A stretch of DNA of 64,000 nucleotides, taken from Bacteroidota bacterium (lineage in GTDB: Bacteria > Bacteroidota > Bacteroidia > UKL13-3). The first letter of the stretch is position 1. Each line of letters opens with the position of its first letter. A model generated the notes under the pieces. The model was not told where the DNA came from. It saw only the letters and a program-made list of their open reading frames with translations, and did not search any database. The stretch covers positions 22,219 through 86,218 of the forward strand of contig CANHVU010000013.1 of the NCBI GenBank assembly GCA_947464275.1, in the 5' to 3' direction. Below are positions 50,380 to 60,065 of the stretch, in pieces. The translations under genes and the position numbers were made by a program.

Positions 50380-50784
50380 CTAAAACCGAATAAAATAAAT
50401 TAAAAACATAAATACAATCGGTAAAAGTAAAGAAACAAAAATATACAATAACATAGGGTTTGTTGTTAATTTCTCTTTATTTTCTAAATTAAAGTTCATC
50501 CATCTTTTCTTGTAGAATATCAAAAAATAATTTGCCCAAAAAAATGTTAAGAAATACAAGCCCATTATTAGGAAATTTATCTGAAAATTTTTTGATATAA
50601 AAATAAGATGGAAATTTAACTTGAAGCCAATAAATATGCCATCAATAAACATTATATTAAATAATTGTGCTAAACTAAAAACCATTAATAAATGGAAATT
50701 TTTGTCTTTTTCCGATTTAATTGACTTCGTGTTTTTATATGATTGTTGGATAGCTCCTACCCATAATTTATAATACCAATTCAT
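50380..50784 (-). CDS. Hypothetical polytopic membrane protein (very AT-rich)
   Basis: 134 aa with 3-4 TM helices. It sits in a low-GC islet flanked by MITE-like repeats and has no recognisable family. Confidence 0.4.
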   Translation of the reverse strand: MNWYYKLWVGAIQQSYKNTKSIKSEKDKNFHLLMVFSLAQLFNIMFIDGIFIGFKLNFHLIFISKNFQINFLIMGLYFLTFFWANYFLIFYKKRWMNFNLENKEKLTTNPMLLYIFVSLLLPIVFMFLIYFIRF

Positions 50785-50840
50785 ATTATATCAAATATAA
50801 GTTTTTACTTTTACCAAAACGGTCGGTGATAACACCGACC

Positions 50841-51102
50841 CCGCTGGTGCGAGCGTCCGCTCGTTCCAACTCATTCAATTGATAACAATATTTTTCATTA
50901 CTCATCAACAATTTTATTACCAAGCATTTTACAAAACCCTTGTAAAAATATCAATCCAGTGCACAGTAGCAAAACTTATAAAATATAGTTTTGTTTGGTC
51001 TAAGAATTTATACTTTTTGCTCATATTGCAATATTATAATTTTCAATTTGTATTGCCATACCTTTTGTTGCTTTGAATGAGCGGACGCTCGAACCAGCAG
51101 GG
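50841..51102. mobile_element. MITE-like element, copy 1 (~262 bp, 27 bp GC-rich terminal inverted repeats)
   Basis: The left end is CCGCTGGTGCGAGCGTCCGCTCGTTCC. The right end is GAATGAGCGGACGCTCGAACCAGCAGG (inverted). The AT-rich body is ~210 bp. Confidence 0.5.
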
Positions 51103-51169
51103 TGATAAAAGATATACCCACTTGGGGCGGTATATTTGGTTGGATTGTTTAATACATAACAGTAGCAGT

Positions 51170-51442
51170 TCATTTGCCATTTAGCATTTCCATTATTTGA
51201 ATTACCATTACTATCATTAAAATTAATGCAAACAAAATAATAGCATATCCATTAATTTTCATCCAAATTATTTCCTTGTTTCCAAGCAATCTGCTTCTTA
51301 ATTCTTTATTTGAGACTGAACTTTTGGAACTTTTATCGAAAAAATTTACTGTTTTTTGTGTATTTTTAATTGCATTATATCCAAATATCAATAGAATCGA
51401 TACTAAAATTAATAATATTATTATGCTTGCAAATTTTTCCAT
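51170..51442 (-). CDS. Small hypothetical membrane protein between the two MITE-like copies
   Basis: 90 aa. N-terminal TM (IIILLILVSILLIFGY) and C-terminal TM (AIILFALILMIVMVIQI). No family recognised. Confidence 0.35.
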   Translation of the reverse strand: MEKFASIIILLILVSILLIFGYNAIKNTQKTVNFFDKSSKSSVSNKELRSRLLGNKEIIWMKINGYAIILFALILMIVMVIQIMEMLNGK

Positions 51443-51520
51443 AATTTTAGTCTTTATTGTTTTTTATTAAAAATAAATAGCATACCCAAAAATCTATCAA
51501 ATGTATAATAGTAACTTGCC

Positions 51521-51788
51521 CCGCTGGTGCGAGCGTCCGCTCGTTCCAACTCATTCAATTGATAACAATATATTTCATTACTCATCAACAATTTTATTAC
51601 CAATCATTTTACAAAACCCTTGTAAAAATATCAATCCAGTGCACAGTAGCAAAACTTTCAAAATATAGTTTTGTTTGGTCTAAGAATTAAACTTTCTGCT
51701 CATATTGCAATATTATAATTTTCAATTTGTATTGCCATACCTTTTGTTGCTTTGAACGAGCGGACGCTCGCACCAGCAGGGGTGGCCT
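51521..51788. mobile_element. MITE-like element, copy 2 (~268 bp, perfect 27 bp TIRs)
   Basis: CCGCTGGTGCGAGCGTCCGCTCGTTCC … GAACGAGCGGACGCTCGCACCAGCAGG are exact reverse complements. The body is ~92% identical to copy 1, and the similarity extends ~30 bp past the right TIR. Confidence 0.5.
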
Positions 51789-51912
51789 CAGGTACGGATA
51801 GTTGGGATTTGTTTGCCTAAAAAATTCAATGTCAAATTATACTTTTTAAAACGCTAGTTATTTTATTAGACCAAATAAATATTATATTTGAGTTAAAATA
51901 ACTGATTTTTAC

Positions 51913-52368
51913 ATGCTTAAAAAAATTATACTCTTGTTCACTTGTGTGTTTTTTATGAAAATAAATAAAACACAAGCTCAAACCACTAAATACTCGGCCG
52001 AGGACTATAAAAACAAACCATTATGGATAGATATGATGGAGGACACCACTGCAAATTATTACGAAGCTGTTAAAGCGTTTGATATATACTGGGTAGGTAG
52101 GCTAAAGCCAATGGAAGAGGAAGATATTATAAGTGAAATAATGTCGAAAAAAGAAGAGCGAGAAAGAGAAAAAAATGAAAGAAAAATAGCAAAACTCAAA
52201 CCTGCACAAAGAGCTGAATTTGACAGAATGAAATATGAAACAAAACGCTTTGAAAACTGGAAAAGGGAAGTGTTTCCTTTTGTTCAAGAAAGCGGGCAAA
52301 TTCTCACACCTTATGAAAGGCAAGAAATTTGGAAAAAACAACAAATAGAAATCGAAAATCAAAAATAG
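51913..52368 (+). CDS. Hypothetical secreted protein with a charged coiled-coil-like C-terminal half
   Basis: Signal peptide (MLKKIILLFTCVFFMKINKTQA). It carries a K/E/R-rich segment (KKEEREREKNERKIAKLKPAQRAEF). Confidence 0.4.
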   Translation: MLKKIILLFTCVFFMKINKTQAQTTKYSAEDYKNKPLWIDMMEDTTANYYEAVKAFDIYWVGRLKPMEEEDIISEIMSKKEEREREKNERKIAKLKPAQRAEFDRMKYETKRFENWKREVFPFVQESGQILTPYERQEIWKKQQIEIENQK

Positions 52369-52371
52369 AGA

Positions 52372-55300
52372 ATGAAAAAAATATTTATTTATTGTTTTTT
52401 AGCTTTTGTATTTACTCAAGTTACAATTGGACAAAATGCAAATTGGAGTGCTATTTTACCCGCCAAATTCCCCACCAATGCCAGTGGTCAAATTCATGGT
52501 ATAAGTAGAATTAGTCAATTAAAATTTCACCCAACAAATGCTAACAAAATGTATGCAGTTAGTGCGCGTGGAGGTTTATTTATATCTACCGATGGTGGCA
52601 CCAATTGGACTGTCACACCTGGCACCGATTTTATGAGTTCCGCTAGATTTGCTTCAGTTTGTATAGATCATACCAACGATCAAACTATTTACATAGGCAC
52701 AGGCGATCATAACTATTATTACGCTGGAAATGGTGTAATGAAATCAACCAATGGTGGAACTACCTTTACCCAAACATCATTAACAGGAAAGCTTGTTATT
52801 GATATTATTATGGATCCTAATAACAATAATACTTTAATAGCCATTACAAATACTGGCATATACAAAACTATAGATGCAGGAGTAACTTGGACGCTAAAAA
52901 CAGCCTCAAGAGGATTTGATGACCTAAAACAAAAAACACCTAATTCAAGAACTTTATTTGCCGCAACCAAGGATAGCGCCTTTTTTAGATCCAACGATTT
53001 TGGCGACACCTGGACACAAATAACAAATGGAATAGTTTTACCATCAGGTATTACGAATGGTAACGGATGCAGAATAGCAGTAACACCTGCCGATACCAAT
53101 ATTGTTTATTTAGGAATGGTAGCCAATAGTGGCATAATTTATAAGTCTTCAGATGGAGGTTCTACCTTTACTGCTGTTAAGACTTCAGCATCGCCCTATT
53201 TAACTTATTACGATAACTTATCAACATCATCTGGCCAAGGGGATTACAACTTTGGAATAGGGGTTGATAGAACCAATGCTAATATTTTGTATTTAGTGGC
53301 CCATAATAATTGGAAATCTACAGATGGAGGGGCAACATGGACACAGCTTACCAATTGGTATGCAAAATGCCATACAGATATGCATCAAATTATCACATCG
53401 CCATATAATAATTCAAATTTATACAATATGAATGATGGAGGGGTTTGGTTGAGCACAGATGGAGGAAGTAATTGGACTCCTAAAAGTGATGGAATAAATG
53501 GTTATGAAATTTACCATGGCAACTGCAGCCCCACCAGAAAAGATATGTTAAGTATTGGAACACAAGACAACGGAGAGCTATATGCAAACTCCACAGGTTG
53601 GTTCACCAATAGAGGAGGTGATTGGGGTTCACAATGTGCCTTTGATTACAGAGCAAACAGTTCAATGGTTTACTATTTTTCGAGCAATAAAAGACGTTTG
53701 GTTAATGGAGGAGAATCTACTTATGGTTTACCAAGTCAAGTTACCTTACTGCATGATATTTCATTTCATAGAAGCAACCCGAATTTAGCATTCGTTGCTG
53801 ATTCATTTATATACCGTACCAAAAACTTAACAGCCACTACCCCTACTTGGACTCAAATAGCAAATTTAGGAAAAAAAATAATGGCCATGCATTGCCATTT
53901 TGGTGATTCAAATAGACTTTATATTATTACCAATGATGGACAAATACATGTGAGCACCAATGCGCTCAGTACCACACCAACTTTTACTAGCTATACCCTT
54001 CCAAACACTACAAATAACAAAGCAAGTATCACTTCCATAAAATCTAACCTAAATACCATTTATGTTACCTTAAATACCAAAGTTTATAAATCAATTAATA
54101 ATGGTGTATCGTGGACTAATATTACCTATAACTTGCCTTCTGTTAATCATGTAAACATAATAGCTGATGAATTTTTTTCGTCAAATGAAATGGTATTTAT
54201 TGCAAGTAATAATACGGTTTATTACAAAACAGTTAATGCAACCACTTGGACGATTTTCAGCACCTATTTGCCTACCAGAACTGAAGCCATAGACTTATCT
54301 ATTTACAACGATAGCACATCTAATACATCTCTTAGATTTGCAACTTATGGCAGAGGTGTTTGGGAAACGTCAATTAATAATCTACGAGCACTTACTGCCA
54401 ATTTTATGGCTGACAATACCAATCCATGTAACGGAGCTACTGTAACCTTTTCTGATTTATCAACTGGAAATGTAACCTCACGAAATTGGGTATTTAATGG
54501 AGGGACACCTTCCACTTCTACCGCATCAAACCCGGTTGTTACTTATAATACATTAGGCAGTTTTAACGTTTCTTTGACTGTATCAAATGGTACTTCCAAT
54601 ACAACTACAACGTATAATAATTATATCAATACCAATGGTGGTAATTTACCGTTAGCAGAGAACTTTGAATCTACCATTGATCCACCAAATGGCTGGGTAA
54701 ACAAAGACAATGGAACGGTTAATAATAAATGGGCAAAAACAGCAACGGCAGGCGGTTATGCTCTTTCTGCAAATAGTATGATGTTTGATAATTATAGTTG
54801 GAATATAACAGGTCAAAAAGATGAACTCAATACACCTAGGTTTGATTTATCGAACTATAATTCGGCAAAGCTAACTTTTGACATTGCATACCAAGTTTAT
54901 ACAGGATATTCAGATACCTTAGTTATATTGGCCTCAACAGATTGTGGCAATACCTTTTCGAGAATTTACGCTAAAGGCGGAGCCAATTTATCTTCTGCTG
55001 GCAGTGGAAGTATTAACTTTGTACCTACTGCCAATCAATGGAGAACTGACACCATTAACTTAAGTTCCTACTTAGGTCAATCAAGTGTTATTTTTGCTTT
55101 TCAAAATATCAATGGCTATGGAAATAAATTATATATCGATAATATTAGCCTTACTGCAACAGTTCCTGCACAAGCTGGCGCTGATAAAACTATATGCAAA
55201 AACGACTCCACTACCTTAGGAACCAATGCCAATACAGGAATAACTTATTCATGGACTCCAACAAATGGATTAAATTCATCATCTATAAGTAATCCTTCTG

Positions 55301-56523
55301 CTTCTCCTGCTGCCACTACTACTTATATATTAACTAGTACTCATACTTTATCTAGAATATCAAACAAAGATACTGTAGTAGTTAATGTTAATACTCCTCT
55401 TGCTGCACCTGGTAATCTTGCAATAACATCGGCTACCGAAAATTCAATTGCTTTAAATTGGCAAACTATTATTGGTGCAAATTATTATTTATTAGATGTG
55501 TCGACCGACTCTAATTTTAGTGCGTTTTTATCAGGATATAATTCATTAATCGTATCAGGGAATAGTAAAACCATTTTAGGCTTAATTCCGGGCAACTCCT
55601 ATTATGCCAGGGTTAGAGCATACAATACATGTACTTCCGCATTTTCAAATAAAGTAAAATTAACAACTATATGCAGTGCGCCTACTTTTGTTCCCAACAA
55701 AGTTATATTAGCTACAAGTTCCATTATAAAATGGAATGCTGTAAATGGTGCATTGAATTATACTTTGGATGTTTCAAATACGCGTAATTTTTCTACCTTT
55801 ATAACAGGATATAATTCACTGATGGTTAATAGCGATAGCATTTTGATTAATGGATTAAACGCTAGTACCAAATACTATTTTAGAGTTAAAGCAGTTAATT
55901 CAGCTGGAAGTTCTAGTTATTCTGTAACTGATTCCATTCAAACAATTAATACCATTAATTTAAGTTTCAATTTATTCTTAGAAGGGCTTTATTTAGGCAA
56001 TGGAAAAATGACTACAGCGCCCTTTAATGCCGATGGAGTAAGTCCACAAAATATGGCTGATACCATTAGCATAGAATTACACGATACCAGTGGCTTGTTT
56101 ATGAATGTTTATACCACAAAAGCATTATTAGATACCAATGGATTATGTACAATTAATATTCCATCATCACTTACCAATAACTGGTTTTATTTAGCTATTA
56201 AACATAGAAACTCTATTGAAACTTGGAGTGCAAACCCAATATTTATTAATAATAATACCAATTATAATTTTACCAATGCTCCCAATAAAGCTTACGGTCT
56301 TAATTTAAAAAATGAAAGTGGAGTGTATTTAATTTATAGTGGCGATATAAATCAAGATGGGTCTATTGATTTTGCCGATTATCCGGATCTTGATACTGAG
56401 GCACAAAATGGCATTATTGGTTACCTTAGCACTGACTTAAACGGAGACTCTTCTGTTGACTTTGGTGACTATCCTTTACTTGACCTCAACTCAAGTAATA
56501 GTATTATTTCTTATAAACCTTAA
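52372..56523 (+). CDS. Giant secreted multidomain protein: BNR/Asp-box beta-propeller, PKD-like, two FN3 domains and C-terminal dockerin-like Ca-binding repeats
   Basis: 1383 aa with a signal peptide. Six or more Asp-box motifs are present (STDGGTNWT, TIDAGVTWT, SNDFGDTWT, SSDGGSTFT, STDGGATWT, STDGGSNWT). There is a PKD-like block (NGATVTFSDLS…SLTVSNG). FN3 domains show LNWQ…YYARVRAYN and WNAV…YYFRVKAVN. The C-terminal repeats are DINQDGSIDFADYP and DLNGDSSVDFGDYP. Confidence 0.8.
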   Translation: MKKIFIYCFLAFVFTQVTIGQNANWSAILPAKFPTNASGQIHGISRISQLKFHPTNANKMYAVSARGGLFISTDGGTNWTVTPGTDFMSSARFASVCIDHTNDQTIYIGTGDHNYYYAGNGVMKSTNGGTTFTQTSLTGKLVIDIIMDPNNNNTLIAITNTGIYKTIDAGVTWTLKTASRGFDDLKQKTPNSRTLFAATKDSAFFRSNDFGDTWTQITNGIVLPSGITNGNGCRIAVTPADTNIVYLGMVANSGIIYKSSDGGSTFTAVKTSASPYLTYYDNLSTSSGQGDYNFGIGVDRTNANILYLVAHNNWKSTDGGATWTQLTNWYAKCHTDMHQIITSPYNNSNLYNMNDGGVWLSTDGGSNWTPKSDGINGYEIYHGNCSPTRKDMLSIGTQDNGELYANSTGWFTNRGGDWGSQCAFDYRANSSMVYYFSSNKRRLVNGGESTYGLPSQVTLLHDISFHRSNPNLAFVADSFIYRTKNLTATTPTWTQIANLGKKIMAMHCHFGDSNRLYIITNDGQIHVSTNALSTTPTFTSYTLPNTTNNKASITSIKSNLNTIYVTLNTKVYKSINNGVSWTNITYNLPSVNHVNIIADEFFSSNEMVFIASNNTVYYKTVNATTWTIFSTYLPTRTEAIDLSIYNDSTSNTSLRFATYGRGVWETSINNLRALTANFMADNTNPCNGATVTFSDLSTGNVTSRNWVFNGGTPSTSTASNPVVTYNTLGSFNVSLTVSNGTSNTTTTYNNYINTNGGNLPLAENFESTIDPPNGWVNKDNGTVNNKWAKTATAGGYALSANSMMFDNYSWNITGQKDELNTPRFDLSNYNSAKLTFDIAYQVYTGYSDTLVILASTDCGNTFSRIYAKGGANLSSAGSGSINFVPTANQWRTDTINLSSYLGQSSVIFAFQNINGYGNKLYIDNISLTATVPAQAGADKTICKNDSTTLGTNANTGITYSWTPTNGLNSSSISNPSASPAATTTYILTSTHTLSRISNKDTVVVNVNTPLAAPGNLAITSATENSIALNWQTIIGANYYLLDVSTDSNFSAFLSGYNSLIVSGNSKTILGLIPGNSYYARVRAYNTCTSAFSNKVKLTTICSAPTFVPNKVILATSSIIKWNAVNGALNYTLDVSNTRNFSTFITGYNSLMVNSDSILINGLNASTKYYFRVKAVNSAGSSSYSVTDSIQTINTINLSFNLFLEGLYLGNGKMTTAPFNADGVSPQNMADTISIELHDTSGLFMNVYTTKALLDTNGLCTINIPSSLTNNWFYLAIKHRNSIETWSANPIFINNNTNYNFTNAPNKAYGLNLKNESGVYLIYSGDINQDGSIDFADYPDLDTEAQNGIIGYLSTDLNGDSSVDFGDYPLLDLNSSNSIISYKP

Positions 56524-56524
56524 A

Positions 56525-56821
56525 CTACCTTATTACCACATCCGTAATTAGTTGCTGATTAGATTCTGTATTGACCAAAGCCATTATTTTACCTCTTTGG
56601 TAATTAAGTTCATTGCGCAATGCATTAGAATCTATTTTCAAATAAAGTACGGTGCCTCTAAATTTGATTTCGGTGGTGTTTTTGGCTATTAATGCACCTA
56701 CTAACTTTTCCCAGTTATTAATAATATTTAGCTCGGCTAGTTTAGTGTCTAAATGTTGGTCGTGCAAAAAACTAGAAATGGCACTCTTCAATGTTTGTTC
56801 ATGCTCTTTTTTGGATTTCAT
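56525..56821 (-). CDS. DUF721 family protein (DciA-like, putative replicative helicase-loading factor)
   Basis: 98 aa. The pattern …LVGALIAKNTTEIKFRGTVLYLKIDSNALRNELNYQ…, with conserved hydrophobic spacing, matches DUF721 as I recall it. Confidence 0.5.
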   Translation of the reverse strand: MKSKKEHEQTLKSAISSFLHDQHLDTKLAELNIINNWEKLVGALIAKNTTEIKFRGTVLYLKIDSNALRNELNYQRGKIMALVNTESNQQLITDVVIR

Positions 56822-56947
56822 AAATTAAACTAGCTTACTTGGCAACAATTATACTTAATTAAAAGTAATTTGTAGTATTACCCTAATAATAAAAATTTAA
56901 ACTATAAATACTTTTAATATAGGTAACTAGGTTAAAAATTTGCAAAT

Positions 56948-59893
56948 TTGCAGTTTATAGAACGTATTTTGAAAAGAGCAAACAAACTTTATATATCAAT
57001 TTTAATATTCACACTTAGTTTATTTTTTTTACCGCAGGTTAATGCACAAGTTATTAATTGGAAAAAACAAAACAATTGGGTAGATAGTGTTTTTGCCACC
57101 TTAAGCCCTGATGAACAAATAGCGCAGTTAATGATAATTGCAGCTTACAACACTAAAGATAAAATACATGAAAAAGATGTAGAGTGTCATGTGCGTGATA
57201 TTGGAGTGGGTGGACTTATATTTTTTAAGGGTTCTCCTACCCGACAAGCTATTCTTACCAATCAATACCAAAAAATTTCTAAAGTACCTCTCTTAATTGG
57301 CATTGATGGAGAGTGGGGTTTAAGCATGCGTTTAGATAGCACACCCGTTTTTCCCAGACATTTAGTATTTGGGAGTGCCAATAAAATTGAACTTACAAAA
57401 CAATTTGGGGTTTTAGTTGGCAAACAATGTAAACGAATAGGAATCAATTTCAACTTTGCTCCTGATGCGGATATCAATAACAACATGGCCAATCCAGTTA
57501 TTAACGACCGAAGTTTTGGTGAAAACAAGTACATTGTTGCTAAAAACAGCATAGCTTATATGCTTGGTATGCAAAGTGAAAATATCTTAGCATCGGCAAA
57601 ACATTTTCCAGGACATGGCGATACCGAAAGTGATTCGCATTTTGGCTTGCCCATCATTAAAGGGAGCAGAAAACGCTTAGATAGTTTAGAACTTTATCCA
57701 TTTAAAGAACTTATAGACAATGGCATTTCATCTATAATGACTGCTCATTTATCAGTACCAGCATTAGATACAACACCTAATATGGCTGCTTCTATTTCTC
57801 CTAAAATAATTACCGGATTACTGCGTAATGAGCTTGAGTTTGATGGCTTAATTATTACTGATGCTTTAAATATGAAGGGAGTTAGTAATTTTTATGCACC
57901 AGGCGAAGTTGCCGCAAAAGCTTTTGCTGCTGGAAATGATTTGTTACTATTTGTAGAAGACGTTCCACTTAGTATATCATATATTAAAGACTACATCAAA
58001 CAAGGTATTATTACTTGGCAACAAGTTGAACGTAGTTGTAAAAAAATATTACTTGCAAAATATTGGTGCGGCCTGAACAAATATAAACCTATAGAGCTAA
58101 AAAATTTAACTGAAGAACTCAATAGTTTTGAAAGTGAATTTTTAATAAACCAAGTGGTTAAAAACAGCGTGGTGGTTGCCCGGAATTTAGATAAGATAAT
58201 ACCTATTCCAAACCCCGAAAATTACAAAATAGCTTGTGTAAATGTTGGAAATGCTCAATTCAGCGAATTTCAAATGCAATTAAATAATTATTTAAAAGCC
58301 GATTATTATGCAATAGATAAAAATGATATCCAAACTAATTTTGATAGCCTACTTTCAGTTAGTGATTACTATAATTTAGTCATAATAAGCATACATAATA
58401 CAAGCCGTTTTGTGAGCAAAAACTTAGGATTAACTCAAGTTGAAATTGATTTTATTAAAGCACTTGGCAAGCGCAATAAGTGCATTTTGGTAAACAATGG
58501 CAGTCCATATATTTTACAGCATTTTGATATGTTCAGAAACGTAATTGTAGCATTTGAAGATTTGCCACTTTATAACCAAATAGCAGCCCAGATTTTAGGT
58601 GGTGGAATGGAGTCGAAAGGAAAACTCCCTGTTTCCATTCCCAATATTTACACCTTAGGTGCTGGTATCACATCAGAAGCAATACCTAAATTTAGTTATG
58701 TGTACCCTGTTGAAGCGCAAGTTAACAATACTAAATTAAACAAAATTGATAGCATTATTAAAAATGCTATTGTGCAAAAAGCCATGCCAGGCTGCCAAGT
58801 TTTTATAGCAAAGGATGGTAAAGTTATTTATAATAAATCCCATGGTTTTCATACCTACGATAGTTTAAATCCAGTTAAAAATAATCATGTATATGATGTG
58901 GCCTCTTTAACAAAAGTACTAAGTACCACTTTGGCTGTTATGAAGCTTTACGAAGAAAAAAAATTGAGTTTAGATGACAAAATTGGCCTTTATTTACCTT
59001 GGCTAAAAGGAAGCAACAAAGAAAAAATTAAAATTTCTGACATCCTTAGTCATCAGGCAGGACTAATTCCTTTTATTCCTTTTTACAAAGCTAGTTTATT
59101 GCCCAATGGGCAATTAAATCCTATTGTTTATAGCGATAGTTTAAATAATGACTTTACCTTACAAGTGGCCAACGGAATTTTTATAAACAAAAACTATGAA
59201 AAAGTAATTTGGAAAACCATAGCCGATAGTGATTTAAAAAAGCCTGGAGAGTATTTATATAGCGATTTGGGCTTTATGATGCTACGCAAAATGGTAGAAA
59301 CTATAACCAATAAAGATTTTGAAACTTATTTACAAGAAAGTTTTTACCAACCTTTGAATTTAGCATCTATGGTATTTAACCCGAAAAAAATTATAAATAA
59401 TGATTGGATTATTCCTACAGAATATGATTCAGTTTTTAGAAAACAACAAATTAAAGGATTTGTACACGACCCTGCAGCTGCTATGCTTGGGGGCATAAGT
59501 GGGCATGCTGGTTTGTTTGCAAATGCAAACGATGTTGGTATCATCATGCAAATGCTTTTAAACAAAGGATTTTATGGAAACAATAGGGTATTAAAATCAA
59601 GTACTGTAGAATTATTTACCAAAAAATTTAACAAAATTAGCCGAAGAGGATTGGGTTTTGATAAACCAGAAACAGATATTACAAAAGATAGCCCCACCAG
59701 TAAGATGTGTAGTGAAAGCACCTTTGGACATCAAGGATTTACTGGCACTTGCACTTGGGTAGATCCTGAAGAAAATTTAGTATATGTATTTTTAAGTAAT
59801 AGAATTTACCCAAGTGCTGAAAATAAAAAATTTGGAGAACTAAGTATTCGTACTAAAATACAAGATGTAATTTATGAGGCCATAAAAAAATAA
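56948..59893 (+). CDS. GH3 N-terminal domain (NagZ-like beta-N-acetylhexosaminidase) fused to a beta-lactamase-family serine hydrolase
   Basis: GH3 motif KHFPGHGDTESDSHFG with the catalytic region IITDALNM. The C-terminal class-C/PBP-like domain has SxxK (ASLTKV). There is no in-frame ATG; the candidate starts are TTG 56948 or TTG 56969, and the latter gives the classic signal peptide MKRANKLYISILIFTLSLFFLPQVNAQ. Confidence 0.8.
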   Translation: MQFIERILKRANKLYISILIFTLSLFFLPQVNAQVINWKKQNNWVDSVFATLSPDEQIAQLMIIAAYNTKDKIHEKDVECHVRDIGVGGLIFFKGSPTRQAILTNQYQKISKVPLLIGIDGEWGLSMRLDSTPVFPRHLVFGSANKIELTKQFGVLVGKQCKRIGINFNFAPDADINNNMANPVINDRSFGENKYIVAKNSIAYMLGMQSENILASAKHFPGHGDTESDSHFGLPIIKGSRKRLDSLELYPFKELIDNGISSIMTAHLSVPALDTTPNMAASISPKIITGLLRNELEFDGLIITDALNMKGVSNFYAPGEVAAKAFAAGNDLLLFVEDVPLSISYIKDYIKQGIITWQQVERSCKKILLAKYWCGLNKYKPIELKNLTEELNSFESEFLINQVVKNSVVVARNLDKIIPIPNPENYKIACVNVGNAQFSEFQMQLNNYLKADYYAIDKNDIQTNFDSLLSVSDYYNLVIISIHNTSRFVSKNLGLTQVEIDFIKALGKRNKCILVNNGSPYILQHFDMFRNVIVAFEDLPLYNQIAAQILGGGMESKGKLPVSIPNIYTLGAGITSEAIPKFSYVYPVEAQVNNTKLNKIDSIIKNAIVQKAMPGCQVFIAKDGKVIYNKSHGFHTYDSLNPVKNNHVYDVASLTKVLSTTLAVMKLYEEKKLSLDDKIGLYLPWLKGSNKEKIKISDILSHQAGLIPFIPFYKASLLPNGQLNPIVYSDSLNNDFTLQVANGIFINKNYEKVIWKTIADSDLKKPGEYLYSDLGFMMLRKMVETITNKDFETYLQESFYQPLNLASMVFNPKKIINNDWIIPTEYDSVFRKQQIKGFVHDPAAAMLGGISGHAGLFANANDVGIIMQMLLNKGFYGNNRVLKSSTVELFTKKFNKISRRGLGFDKPETDITKDSPTSKMCSESTFGHQGFTGTCTWVDPEENLVYVFLSNRIYPSAENKKFGELSIRTKIQDVIYEAIKK

Positions 59894-60065
59894 AAGGAAG
59901 ATAAGAACATTACTATTTCCGCCCTTGTTATTGTTTTAATAAAGCGATACCAATATATATTTATAAACCCCCTATTTATAGTTTTAACAAACCGCAAAAA
60001 GATTTATTATCAATTCAAAGTTTAGGTTACCGATAAAATAAAAATATTAATTTTATAATTGAGCT

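Noticed and set aside
50879-51076. 65 aa ORF inside MITE-like copy 1
   Set aside because: It lies entirely within the repeat body and has Phe/Leu/Tyr-rich AT-driven composition. The corresponding frame is disrupted in copy 2.
50841-51788. Possibility that the two repeated elements are CRISPR repeats or a tandem duplication of a gene
   Set aside because: There are only two copies. Each is ~265 bp, far larger than a CRISPR repeat, with terminal inverted repeats and no spacer-like unique short units. No cas genes are present in the window.
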